The notes under the pieces are model-generated. The model was not told where the DNA came from, searched no databases, and worked only from the letters and a program-made list of their open reading frames with translations. Positions 7,846 through 16,847 of a stretch of 38,853 nt of DNA are shown piece after piece. Source of the DNA: a virus. Each line of letters begins with the position of its first letter. Positions within the stretch are counted from its first letter, which is position 1. Location: the IMG/VR virus record IMGVR_UViG_2225789004_000002, positions 1 through 38,853 of that record. The stretch is one strand, 5' to 3'. Position numbers and translations under genes: made by a program.

Positions 7846-9183
7846 GTGTTAAGAACTATATGGGAATGGGTAATAAATACTTTATTTAAAGTATCTACTC
7901 AAGCAACAAATATGCAGATAGATAGTAACAATAGTTTTGCTGAAGAATATAAGAGAATAGACCAAATAAACTTTAATGCAATCTTTAGCAATAAACTTTC
8001 TAACTATGTTGTTGCTGATAGTGTGTTAGAAGTAACAGGAGAAAATAAAAGAGCTGAATACTTAAATGATGGAATAATGAAGTCGATTAGGAAGAAGATT
8101 AAGAAGGCAACAGGAATGGCTTTTGGTTTAGGAGGAGTATTAATAGTCCCTTATGCAAAGAAAAGCAGTAGAACAGGCAAATATGAGTTATATTATGACC
8201 TTGTAGAACAAAATAGAATGACAGTAGACCAAACAGATGGGGAAATTATAACAGGAGCAACAATCCTTGCAGAGGAAAAGAAAATAACAAGAGCAAATAG
8301 AGTAGAAACATTTTTAAGGTGGAGTAATTATCTAATTGAAAATGGAAGTTTAATAATAACACAGAAGTTTACCAATGAAGATGGAAAAGAAATTCCAGTT
8401 CCATCTTTTTGGGCAGATATAAATCCGCAGTTAATGATTAGAAATGTAGATAGAATATTGTTTGGATATATCAAATCACCAGTAAATAATAGAAGTACAA
8501 ATGATGACTATGGTGTTCCTATTACTTATGGATGTGACAGCACAATAGCAGAGATAAGAGAATGTTTAAAGCAAATAGTAAAAGAGTTTAAAAACAAAGA
8601 GGCATTAGTAGGGTTAGACAAGAAAGCCTTTGGCGTAAACAATAGGTTGCCAGAGAGTGGTATATTTCAACAATTTGATATGGGACAAGATGGTTTTTGG
8701 GAAGAGTTTAGTCCTGCAATAAGGGATAGCTCTTTTTATGCTAGATTACAAGAACTGTATTCAAGACTAGAAAGAGAAGTAGGAGTAAGTGCAGGGTTCT
8801 TAACAAGACCAGAAACACAAAATGCAACAGCAACAGAAGTAAGAAGAAGTATGTATGATACTTTTGTAATAGTAGATGATATGAGAGACAACTTAGAACA
8901 GGCAATTGATGATTTCATGTATTCATGTGATATGTTGTGCAATGCTTACAATATAGTTCCAAGTGGGGATTATGAATTAAGTTATGATTGGAGCTATTCA
9001 TTGTTAGAAGACAGCTCAGAAGAGTTTAGGCAATTAATGGAGGCTAAGAGAGAAGGAGCAGTTGCAATTTGGGAAATAAGAAACTGGTTAAAGCCAAGTG
9101 AAACTTTAGAAGAAAGTCAAAAAGCTATTGAAGAAATAAAACAGGCAACACCAAGTATAGCTAATTTAGTTGGGAGTGAATAA
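7846..9183 (+). CDS. portal protein
   Basis: 445 aa immediately after terL and before the MuF-like head protein. Confidence 0.75.
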   Translation: MLRTIWEWVINTLFKVSTQATNMQIDSNNSFAEEYKRIDQINFNAIFSNKLSNYVVADSVLEVTGENKRAEYLNDGIMKSIRKKIKKATGMAFGLGGVLIVPYAKKSSRTGKYELYYDLVEQNRMTVDQTDGEIITGATILAEEKKITRANRVETFLRWSNYLIENGSLIITQKFTNEDGKEIPVPSFWADINPQLMIRNVDRILFGYIKSPVNNRSTNDDYGVPITYGCDSTIAEIRECLKQIVKEFKNKEALVGLDKKAFGVNNRLPESGIFQQFDMGQDGFWEEFSPAIRDSSFYARLQELYSRLEREVGVSAGFLTRPETQNATATEVRRSMYDTFVIVDDMRDNLEQAIDDFMYSCDMLCNAYNIVPSGDYELSYDWSYSLLEDSSEEFRQLMEAKREGAVAIWEIRNWLKPSETLEESQKAIEEIKQATPSIANLVGSE

Positions 9184-9185
9184 GC

Positions 9186-9299
9186 ATGAAAGATATTAAA
9201 ATATGTGAGTATTGTCTTTGTGAATGCAATGAAAATGATATTGTTTCAACTGGAGTATTTGGAGCACATTATATTTGTGAAAAATGTCGAGGTGATTAA
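9186..9299 (+). CDS. small Cys-rich peptide (37 aa)
   Basis: MKDIKICEYCLCEC...YICEKCRGD; it fills the portal-MuF gap exactly. Confidence 0.4.
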   Translation: MKDIKICEYCLCECNENDIVSTGVFGAHYICEKCRGD

Positions 9300-10796
9300 A
9301 TGCTAAGTGAAAGTACAATGGAAGCACTTACAGAAAGGTTAGTAAGTAGGATTGAACAAGCCAACATATATACCATGAAGATAATAGGCAATCGTATAAA
9401 AGAAATAGGAACACTACTTCCAAGTGACATTTTAAGATTAAATCATTTATATGAAAGTGGAAACGATATAAATAAAATAATTCGAGAGTTGGCAAGAGTG
9501 ACAGAATTAAATGTTAGTGAAATACAAGAAATATTTAAAGAAATAGCAAAAAAAGAATATAGACTAGCTAAACCTTTTTATGACTACAGGAATAGACCAT
9601 ATATTCCATTTGAACAAAATCTAGCATTGCAACAACAAGTACAAGCAATTGCTCAATTAACAGCTGAACAATATATAAATCTAAGTAGAACAACAGGAAT
9701 AAATATGTTAGACATAAATGGGAACACAGTATTTATGGATATTCCTAAAGCATATAACCAAATTGTAGATGAAGCAATTATATCTATTAGAAGTGGAACA
9801 GAAGGATTTCAACAAAGAATGCAAAATACAATAAAGCAATTAGCAGATAGTGGAGTAAGAACAATCAATTATGCAAGTGGACATACAAGAAGGCTGGATA
9901 GTGCTATAAGAATGAATATAATGGATGGAATGAGAGAAGTATCAAATGAAGTTCAGAAAATAATAGGTGAAGAAGTTGGAACAGATGCAAAAGAAATATC
10001 AGTACATGACCATCCTGCTCCTGACCATGCAACAACACAAGGACATATGTTCATGAATGAAGAGTTTGACAAGATGCAATCAAATCAGTCTTATAAAGAC
10101 ATAAATGGCAAACAATATGAGGCATTAGACAGAGTTATCTCGCAATGGAATTGTTATCACTACATATACAGCGTAATAGCAGAAATAAGCAAGCCTAGAT
10201 ATTCTCAAGAAGAGCTAGATAGGATAATACAAGACAACAATAAAGGCTTTGAATTTGAAGGTAAACATAGAACATTGTATGAAGGAAGTCAGCTGCAGAG
10301 AAATATAGAAACAGAAATAAGAAGACAAAAAGAAACACAGATATTAGCAAGGGCAAGTGGAAATGTAGAGATTACAGACAATACACAAGTGAAAATTAGC
10401 CAATTAACTACAAAATATAATGAGTTATCAAATGTTAGTGGATTACCTACTAAAATTGATAGATTAAGAGTTAATGGATTTAGAAAAGTAAAAACAGATG
10501 TTAAGGATTATTATGATAACACTTTAATAGGGTTAAACATAAATAATACGACAATATCTAGTGTTTCAAATCATTTTATTAATGACAGTAGACCAGGCAG
10601 AGGACTAAAACTGGAAATGATAGAAGATGCCTTGAAAAATCCACTAGATACTGGTATAATAAAAATAGATAGAAAAGGCAGAAAATCATTTAAAGTCATT
10701 GGTGAAATGGCAACAATTTCGATTAATCCAGATACGGGAATAATAACTACTGGGTGGAGAACTGGAACAAATATACTTAAAAAATATGGGAAGTGA
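9300..10796 (+). CDS. MuF/SPP1 gp7-like head morphogenesis protein with C-terminal toxin-like (DUF4258/RelE-like) extension
   Basis: Position after portal and size of 498 aa. The last ~98 aa (from nt 10500), HFINDSRPGRGLKLEMIEDALKNP...ATISINPDTGIITTGW, fit the DUF4258-type pattern H..R...RGI....I...L ... ViT. Confidence 0.65.
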   Translation: MLSESTMEALTERLVSRIEQANIYTMKIIGNRIKEIGTLLPSDILRLNHLYESGNDINKIIRELARVTELNVSEIQEIFKEIAKKEYRLAKPFYDYRNRPYIPFEQNLALQQQVQAIAQLTAEQYINLSRTTGINMLDINGNTVFMDIPKAYNQIVDEAIISIRSGTEGFQQRMQNTIKQLADSGVRTINYASGHTRRLDSAIRMNIMDGMREVSNEVQKIIGEEVGTDAKEISVHDHPAPDHATTQGHMFMNEEFDKMQSNQSYKDINGKQYEALDRVISQWNCYHYIYSVIAEISKPRYSQEELDRIIQDNNKGFEFEGKHRTLYEGSQLQRNIETEIRRQKETQILARASGNVEITDNTQVKISQLTTKYNELSNVSGLPTKIDRLRVNGFRKVKTDVKDYYDNTLIGLNINNTTISSVSNHFINDSRPGRGLKLEMIEDALKNPLDTGIIKIDRKGRKSFKVIGEMATISINPDTGIITTGWRTGTNILKKYGK

Positions 10797-11008
10797 TTAA
10801 AGTGGAAAGTAGTGAAAAATTATATAATATGTTAAACAATGAGCAAAAGAGTTTCTTAGCCACTATTACTTATGTAGAAAATGATATGGCTGACTTAGAA
10901 GAACAATTAGGAGATTATATGCAAACAGAGGGCTTAGATATAGATTACAAGCCTACAGAACAGGGCGAAATATGTTTATCCATACTAGATTTAATGTCTA
11001 AAATATAA
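10793..11008 (+). CDS. small acidic protein, candidate immunity partner of the MuF C-terminal domain
   Basis: GTG overlaps the MuF stop (gTGA). 71 aa, D/E-rich, followed by a terminator. Confidence 0.45.
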   Translation: MIKVESSEKLYNMLNNEQKSFLATITYVENDMADLEEQLGDYMQTEGLDIDYKPTEQGEICLSILDLMSKI

Positions 11009-11029
11009 GAAATTAAATAATGATTTAAG

Positions 11030-11053
11030 GGGCACAGAAATGTGTTCTTTTTT
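11030..11053 (+). terminator. rho-independent terminator after the MuF/immunity pair
   Basis: Stem ggcaca/tgtgttc with GU pairs, GAAA loop, T6 tail. Confidence 0.5.
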
Positions 11054-11133
11054 GTTGTAGATTAAAAAAGATAAGACTAAGAGGAAACAATGCAAATGAA
11101 ACTATTGAAAACAAAGGAAATATTAAAAAATGA

Positions 11134-11184
11134 GGTGTAAAAAATTACACCAAATACATATGAAAAGGTGTAAAAAATTACACC
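11134..11184. promoter_or_regulatory. two identical 18-bp palindromes ggtgtaaaaaattacacc (11134-11151, 11167-11184)
   Basis: Exact duplicates, 33 bp centre to centre, ending 26 nt upstream of the RepL-like start. Confidence 0.6.
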
Positions 11185-11209
11185 TCTTTTACTTAGAAAG
11201 GAGATTGCC

Positions 11210-11722
11210 TTGGAAACAGTATTAAATATTGTAGATGATAAAACAGGAGAACTTGTGAATGAAGTAAGAACTGGGGATAGATTTACAATAACTAGGAAAG
11301 AGCAACTTGAATACATGAGAGAACAAAGCAGGTATGCATTCATAGACAAAAAAGAGCCATTTATTAAATTACTTGCAAAAGCTTTAGACGATTTGTGCGA
11401 AGAAAATTTAACAAGTGCTGAATACAAGGTAATTACTAAGGCATTAAATTTACTTAAATATGATAGCTGTTTATTAATGAATAATAATGAATATGTAACA
11501 AATGATTATTTTATAAAAGAATGCAAACTAACAAAGAAAACTGTAATAGTAAGTATTAATAAGTTAATTAAAAAAGGAATAATGGCAAAGGGACTTATAG
11601 AAAACAAAAAAATGTTGTTTGTAAATCCTTACATTTTTATGAAAGGAGTAAAAGTATTAAAGATAGAATTACAGATGTTTAGCAGAACAAGATGGGCGAA
11701 AAATATAGAATTTAAGAATTAG
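11210..11722 (+). CDS. repL: RepL-family replication/maintenance-like winged-helix protein
   Basis: Layout ..IVDDKTGELVNEV.. / FIKLLAKAL / ..ECKLTKKTVIVSINKLIKKGIM....LFVNPYIFMKG parallels firmicute plasmid RepL (..IDEESGEVIEV.., ..LNPELLMRG). TTG start 6 nt after AAAGGAG. Confidence 0.6.
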   Translation: METVLNIVDDKTGELVNEVRTGDRFTITRKEQLEYMREQSRYAFIDKKEPFIKLLAKALDDLCEENLTSAEYKVITKALNLLKYDSCLLMNNNEYVTNDYFIKECKLTKKTVIVSINKLIKKGIMAKGLIENKKMLFVNPYIFMKGVKVLKIELQMFSRTRWAKNIEFKN

Positions 11723-11745
11723 CCAGCAGAAATGTTGGTTTTTTT
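11723..11745 (+). terminator. rho-independent terminator after the RepL-like gene
   Basis: ccagca-GAAA-tgttgg stem-loop followed by T7. Confidence 0.6.
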
Positions 11746-11834
11746 ATATTGGTCAGCAGATTAGACCTTAAACAGTCGATTCGTGGTGGATTGGTTACAC
11801 ACCTAAAACAACCTAATACGAAAGGAGTATCAAA

Positions 11835-12458
11835 ATGGATACAAACAAAATTAAAACTTTACTTGAAGAAGTAAAAAATGGAACTAAATCTGAAGAAGAA
11901 GCAAACAAAGAGATTATGGCGGACTATGGTAAATCTGTAACAAAAGAACAGACAAAGATAACAGAATTAACTGATAAATTGGCTAGCTCTGAAAAGGAAA
12001 AAGAAGAGTATAAAAACAAGTTTGCAAACCTTGAAAAAGTTTCGACTGATTCAGAGGCAGTAAAAAAAGAATTAGAAGACTTAAAAACTTCTATTTCACA
12101 ACGTGAGGAAGAAGATAAGAAGAAAGGCGAAGATAAAGTTTTAACTGACAATATCTTAACTGCTTTTGGAGACAAGAAATTTGTTAATGAACGTACAAGA
12201 AATAGTTTAATACAAGATATTAAAAACGAATTAGCAAAAGACGAAAACAAAGGCAAAGGAATTTCTGATATTTTTAATGACCTCACAAAAGAGGCTACTG
12301 ACATATTTGCTAGTGAACAAGATGTTGTTGACATGGCAGGAATGGGTAATGTCGATAGCAGTTCTATAACTAAGGAAGTATTTGACAAGATGTCATACAA
12401 CCAGAGACTAGAACTTAAACAATCAAACCCAACAGTATTTAAAAAATATAATAATTAG
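11835..12458 (+). CDS. capsid scaffolding protein
   Basis: 207 aa, highly charged coiled coil, immediately upstream of the major capsid gene. Confidence 0.7.
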   Translation: MDTNKIKTLLEEVKNGTKSEEEANKEIMADYGKSVTKEQTKITELTDKLASSEKEKEEYKNKFANLEKVSTDSEAVKKELEDLKTSISQREEEDKKKGEDKVLTDNILTAFGDKKFVNERTRNSLIQDIKNELAKDENKGKGISDIFNDLTKEATDIFASEQDVVDMAGMGNVDSSSITKEVFDKMSYNQRLELKQSNPTVFKKYNN

Positions 12459-12473
12459 AAAGAAGGTAAAAAA

Positions 12474-13319
12474 ATGGCATTAACAAAATTAGAAAATATG
12501 GTTGACCCAGAAGTAATGGCACCAATCATAAGTGGAAAAATAGAAACAGCTATTGTAGTAACACCATTTGCAAAGATAGATACTACATTAGCAGGACAAC
12601 CAGGAAGTACAGTAACAGTACCTAGATACAAGTATATAGGTGATGCTGAAGATTTAGCAGAGGGAGTTGCAGCAGGAACAGTTCAATTAACAACTGACAC
12701 AGCAAAATATACTGTGAAAAAAGCAGTAAAACATGTTCAATTAACAGATGAAGCTGTTTTGTCTGGCTTTGGAAATCCAGTTGGAGAAACTAACAGTCAG
12801 TTAGCTAAATCTATTGCAAGCAAAGTAGATATGGATTGTATGGACGCATTACAAGAAGCAACATTAGTTTATAATGGTTCTTCAATAATTTCATATGAAG
12901 AAATAGTAAAAGCAATAGATTTATTCAATGAAGAAGTGAACACAGACAAAGTTATGTTTATATCACCAACACAAACTACACAATTAAGACTTGACCCTAA
13001 CTTTATTAGTGCAGATAAATATGACAACAATGTAATAATGACAGGTGAAATTGGAAAGGTTGCAAATGCAAGAATAGTTCCATCAAGAAAAATTGTTGCT
13101 GAGGGTGGTAAATTTAGTTGCCCAATAGTTCAACTAAATCCAGCGCCAATGACAGATGATGATACAGCAGCATTAACAATTTACTTAAAAAGAGATACAA
13201 ATGTAGAAACTGAAAGAAACTTAGAAAACTATACTACAAGAATTGGTGCAGATAAGCACTATGTAGCAGCTTTAACAGATGAAAGCAAAGTTGTTTTAGC
13301 TAGTTTAGCAGTATCTTAG
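12474..13319 (+). CDS. major capsid protein
   Basis: 281 aa after the scaffold. N-terminus MALTKLENMVDPEVMAP...GQPGSTVTVPRY resembles the N4-gp56-type capsid family. Strong RBS. Confidence 0.8.
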   Translation: MALTKLENMVDPEVMAPIISGKIETAIVVTPFAKIDTTLAGQPGSTVTVPRYKYIGDAEDLAEGVAAGTVQLTTDTAKYTVKKAVKHVQLTDEAVLSGFGNPVGETNSQLAKSIASKVDMDCMDALQEATLVYNGSSIISYEEIVKAIDLFNEEVNTDKVMFISPTQTTQLRLDPNFISADKYDNNVIMTGEIGKVANARIVPSRKIVAEGGKFSCPIVQLNPAPMTDDDTAALTIYLKRDTNVETERNLENYTTRIGADKHYVAALTDESKVVLASLAVS

Positions 13320-13329
13320 GGGGTATATT

Positions 13330-13467
13330 ATGAATGAGTATATCTTAGGAGATAAAAAAATAAAAACAACAGCAGAAAGATATGAGGCTACATTCAAAGC
13401 CTTAGGATATGTTTCAGTTAAAGCGGAAAAGGTTAAAGAACCAAAAAACAAAGAAGAAAAACAATAA
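13330..13467 (+). CDS. small hypothetical protein (45 aa)
   Basis: ATG 10 nt after the MCP stop, preceded by GGGGG; lysine-rich tail. Confidence 0.4.
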   Translation: MNEYILGDKKIKTTAERYEATFKALGYVSVKAEKVKEPKNKEEKQ

Positions 13468-13483
13468 AGAAAGAAGGGTGTTT

Positions 13484-13855
13484 ATGGATTTCAGAGAACA
13501 ATATCTAAATTTTGATGAATATAGAAACTTGGAAGGAACTCTACCTGAAACACCTTTCAATCTTCTTGAACTCAGAGCTAGAAAGATTATAGACAAATAT
13601 ACATTCAATAGACTAGTAGGATTAGAAGAACAAAAAGATGAAGTTAAAGGTTGTATTATGGCTTTAATTAATGAAGTTTATAATTTCAACAAAACAGGTG
13701 GAATAGCTAGTGAAAGTGTTGGAAGTTATTCAGTTTCTTTTAATAGACCAGTAACTAAAGAACAAAGTTCTATATATAAAAGTATAGTAGAAGACTATTT
13801 AGTTATGTGTAAGTTAAAAGATGGTACACCCTATATGTATTGTGGGGTGGAATAA
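13484..13855 (+). CDS. head-tail connector/adaptor protein (positional)
   Basis: ATG at 13484 after AAGAAGGGTG. The ORF-track start at 13409 overlaps the upstream small ORF. Confidence 0.5.
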   Translation: MDFREQYLNFDEYRNLEGTLPETPFNLLELRARKIIDKYTFNRLVGLEEQKDEVKGCIMALINEVYNFNKTGGIASESVGSYSVSFNRPVTKEQSSIYKSIVEDYLVMCKLKDGTPYMYCGVE

Positions 13856-14209
13856 ATGACAACAAACACAAGTATGACACTATATCATAAAGTCTTTAAT
13901 TCTGAAACTAGGCTAGATGAATGGAAAAAACATTATATTCTATATGTTATGTGGCAAGGTGGCAAAGGTGCAAGTATCAACAAAGGATATGAGCAGGCTA
14001 ATGATGTTAAAGTTTTCATCCCAAAAGATGTAAATGATTTAACCAATATTAAGTTTGATATTGGAGATATCATAGTTAAGGGCGTTATTGGACATGAAAT
14101 AAAAAAACAAAGCGACTTGAAGGATATTGAAACTTATAACATTGAAACCATACTTGGACAAGATTTTGGTAGTGAGGTTATGAACCATATAGAGTTAGGA
14201 GGCAAGTAA
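13856..14209 (+). CDS. head closure / head-tail joining protein (positional)
   Basis: 117 aa; its start abuts the previous stop. Confidence 0.45.
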   Translation: MTTNTSMTLYHKVFNSETRLDEWKKHYILYVMWQGGKGASINKGYEQANDVKVFIPKDVNDLTNIKFDIGDIIVKGVIGHEIKKQSDLKDIETYNIETILGQDFGSEVMNHIELGGK

Positions 14210-14640
14210 TGTCAGTTACATTAAAACTTGTACCTACAGGTGTCATAAAAGCACGTTTAGGGATAGAAAAAGGTGGAAGGGTACAAAAGTATTTCACTAA
14301 CACTTGTGCTAGGTATATGGACAAATATGTGCCTTATGCAGAAGGGCCATTAAGGATTAATGTAGAAACAGGTGACGACTATGTTGAATATAGAAGTCCA
14401 CATGCGCATTATCAATATATAGGTGAAAAATTTGTAGACCCAATAACAGGAAAAGGTGCTTTTTATAGTCCAGACTTTGGATTTTGGAGTAGACCTAATA
14501 CCAAAAAAGTTTCAAGTGGAATACCATTAAACTATCATACACCAGGTACAGGCTCATACTGGGATAAGAAAATGTGGACAGCAGAGGGAAATGATGTTAT
14601 CAAGGAAGTAGAAGAATATATGAAAAGAGGTGGCAATTGA
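14209..14640 (+). CDS. head-tail joining / minor capsid protein (HK97 gp10-like by position)
   Basis: 143 aa, ATG overlaps the previous stop (taATG). Confidence 0.45.
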   Translation: MSVTLKLVPTGVIKARLGIEKGGRVQKYFTNTCARYMDKYVPYAEGPLRINVETGDDYVEYRSPHAHYQYIGEKFVDPITGKGAFYSPDFGFWSRPNTKKVSSGIPLNYHTPGTGSYWDKKMWTAEGNDVIKEVEEYMKRGGN

Positions 14641-15062
14641 TGAAAGAGGTAAGAATTAGCAAATTAAGAAAATACATGTTTGAGGTATTGGATGAAATGC
14701 TAGGAACAAAAAAATATCAAATAAATGCCAACTTTTTAGATAAAGATATAGAAAGTTATTCTCTTGATAAAATGCCTGTAGAATCCAGTATAGAAAAATG
14801 GATAACTGGTGTAAGAATATGTAGAGATGTTCATTTGTTTAGAAGTCGTAAGGCTTATGGTGCAGATGTATTAGACAATCTAGCAAGTATAGGCTTTTTT
14901 GAAGAGTTTGAGCAAATAATATATGAAAACAATAAGAATAAAATATTTCCTCAAATAGGAGATATAGAAAGTATAGAATGTTTGAATTGTGGGGCTTTAA
15001 ATGTTGCAGATACGCAAACAGCAGAGTTTGCAGTTCAAATACAAATTACCTACAGGAGGTAA
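14637..15062 (+). CDS. tail completion protein (positional)
   Basis: 141 aa, overlapping start (ATGA), upstream of the major tail gene. Confidence 0.45.
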   Translation: MMKEVRISKLRKYMFEVLDEMLGTKKYQINANFLDKDIESYSLDKMPVESSIEKWITGVRICRDVHLFRSRKAYGADVLDNLASIGFFEEFEQIIYENNKNKIFPQIGDIESIECLNCGALNVADTQTAEFAVQIQITYRR

Positions 15063-15065
15063 AAA

Positions 15066-15296
15066 GTGAAAGAAATTATATTTAAGAAGGATTGCATTTT
15101 TAAAGGGCAATCTTTTATTGTTGGTGACAAATTAAATACAAAAAAAATTAAAGATTGGGCAGAGATTTGGAGATTAAATGAAAAGGGTTTTATTAAACCT
15201 TTGACTATTGAAGAGTTTTTATCAATTAAAGAAAATAAAAAGGAGGAAAAACCAAATGGAAAAAGCAAAAAGAACCCAGTGGGTGACATTTCTTGA
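15066..15296 (+). CDS. hypothetical small protein
   Basis: GTG start; overlaps the major tail start by 41 nt. Confidence 0.35.
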   Translation: MKEIIFKKDCIFKGQSFIVGDKLNTKKIKDWAEIWRLNEKGFIKPLTIEEFLSIKENKKEEKPNGKSKKNPVGDIS

Positions 15297-15747
15297 CACA
15301 AAACCAAAAACAGCAAGCCATGTTTGGGCATTATTAGGACAAGGTGTAACTGCTTATGCAATTGCATATAATCCACAAATTACAACTGAAAAATATATCA
15401 TAAATGAAAATGCATCATCTTCACATGATAGTAATCAAAAACAAGGAGATGTATCTCAAAAAATTTATGCAGGAGACCCATGCTATGAATATATGAATAG
15501 TTTAATAGACAAAACTGGTGCAGATGTAGAAGGAAATGTATTAGACATTGACAAACTTCACGGTATAGAAGAAGGCGGAGTAATGAAATATCCAGCTAAA
15601 TTAAGTAAGTGTATAACTCCAGTTACTTCACATTTAGGAGAAGAAGCAGTTATAGAATATTCAATTTATTACAATGCAGATGCAGTTGAAGGAACTGCAG
15701 TAATAACAGATGGTGTACCAACATTTACACCTAATGCTGTTGATTAA
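15256..15747 (+). CDS. major tail protein
   Basis: ATG at 15256 after AAAGGAGGAAAAA. N-terminus MEKAKRTQWVTFLDTKP...WALLGQGV..AYNPQ is typical of siphovirus major tail proteins. A terminator follows. Confidence 0.75.
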   Translation: MEKAKRTQWVTFLDTKPKTASHVWALLGQGVTAYAIAYNPQITTEKYIINENASSSHDSNQKQGDVSQKIYAGDPCYEYMNSLIDKTGADVEGNVLDIDKLHGIEEGGVMKYPAKLSKCITPVTSHLGEEAVIEYSIYYNADAVEGTAVITDGVPTFTPNAVD

Positions 15748-15777
15748 GAGGTAGATTTTCTACCTCTCTTATTTTTT
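15748..15777 (+). terminator. rho-independent terminator after the major tail gene
   Basis: gaggtag-atttt-ctacctc stem-loop followed by a T-rich tail. Confidence 0.65.
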
Positions 15778-15794
15778 AAGGAGGAAATAAAACT

Positions 15795-16277
15795 ATGGCA
15801 GATTTTATTCAAATAAAAGATGAAAATATAAAAAGATTTGGAATTAAGGATAGATTTGGGAATGATACAGAAGAATTTATCGAGTTTGATTTAGAAGATA
15901 TAGGACTTATTGAGAGATATTTAGAATGTGAAGAACAACACAAAAAGAATGCTCAATATGTAAAAATGCAATATGTAATTATAGACAAACAACAAGACAA
16001 AGAAGGCAAAAAAATGCTTTCTTGGAAACAAGAAGAAAAATACAAGGTTATGAAAGAGTACTATAAAAGAGAAATGCAAGCATTAGACTTGCTTTTAGGT
16101 GAGAATGGTACAAAGAAAATCTTGGCAGGAAGAAACCCTTATTGGAATATGTTTGATGACATAAGTGAAGCATTGAAACCTATTTTAAGCGAATTGGATA
16201 AATCTTTCTCTAATATTCAAACCAAAATCAAAAGTAAATATAAAGAAACAGAAGATGAAAGCGATGTTTTAAAATGA
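15795..16277 (+). CDS. tail assembly chaperone (gpG analogue)
   Basis: 160 aa, acidic, between the major tail and tape measure genes. A slippery heptamer sits at its last codons. Confidence 0.65.
   Translation: MADFIQIKDENIKRFGIKDRFGNDTEEFIEFDLEDIGLIERYLECEEQHKKNAQYVKMQYVIIDKQQDKEGKKMLSWKQEEKYKVMKEYYKREMQALDLLLGENGTKKILAGRNPYWNMFDDISEALKPILSELDKSFSNIQTKIKSKYKETEDESDVLK
16268..16274 (+). promoter_or_regulatory. candidate -1 programmed frameshift heptamer T_TTA_AAA
   Basis: 0-frame reads gtT TTA AAA tga. A -1 slip reads ...F K M N P Q, entering the frame of ORF 16274, which has no SD of its own. Confidence 0.55.
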
Positions 16278-16843
16278 ACCCACAATATGTTGAAGTTGAA
16301 GGAGAAAGATACAAGATAAATACTAGTTACAATGTTGCTTTGAAGTGTAATGAAATAGCAGAAAATAAGAATATAGGTGACTATGAAAGGGCTTTGGCAA
16401 TAATTTATAGGCTTTTTGGAGATAAAGGATTAGATTGTTCAAAGCATCATAAAAAATTATTAGAATTAGCTCAAAAATATTTATTATGTGGGAAAGAAAG
16501 TGTTGAAATTGTTAAAAGAGAAGACCCAGATATGGACTTTAAACAAGATATGGATTATATAGAGGCAAGTTTTATTACTGACCATCAAATTGACTTAGAA
16601 ACCACCAAAATGCATTGGTGGAAGTTTAACAAACTTGTAAATGGACTTAAAGAAGATTGCATTTTAAATAGAGTTAGATTTTTAAGGAACTATGATACTA
16701 AGGACATCAAAGATATTAAAGAAAGAGAAAAAATAGAGAGACAAAAACAAGACGTTGCACTCAAAAAAGAAATAGTGGAACTTACACAGGAAGAAATAGA
16801 AAGTGCAAATTTATTTGATTTACAAGTAGGAATTGCGAGGTGA
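16274..16843 (+). CDS. tail assembly chaperone extension (gpT analogue, Gp15-like)
   Basis: 189 aa in the -1 frame relative to the upstream chaperone. N-terminus ..YKINTSYNVALKCNEI......ALAIIYRLFG resembles the phage Gp15 family. Confidence 0.6.
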   Translation: MNPQYVEVEGERYKINTSYNVALKCNEIAENKNIGDYERALAIIYRLFGDKGLDCSKHHKKLLELAQKYLLCGKESVEIVKREDPDMDFKQDMDYIEASFITDHQIDLETTKMHWWKFNKLVNGLKEDCILNRVRFLRNYDTKDIKDIKEREKIERQKQDVALKKEIVELTQEEIESANLFDLQVGIAR

Positions 16844-16847
16844 TTAA

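Noticed and set aside
11924-12400. Long antisense ORFs from the ORF track, e.g. 810-1013, 1442-1753, 1543-1830, 4232-4615, 11077-11427, 11924-12400, 15050-15376, 17342-17632, 28741-29194, 29969-30247, 35575-35898 and 36622-36876
   Set aside because: Each lies fully opposite a well-supported gene. They have low-complexity S/F/L/I-rich translations typical of antisense AT-rich coding DNA, and none has a convincing RBS.
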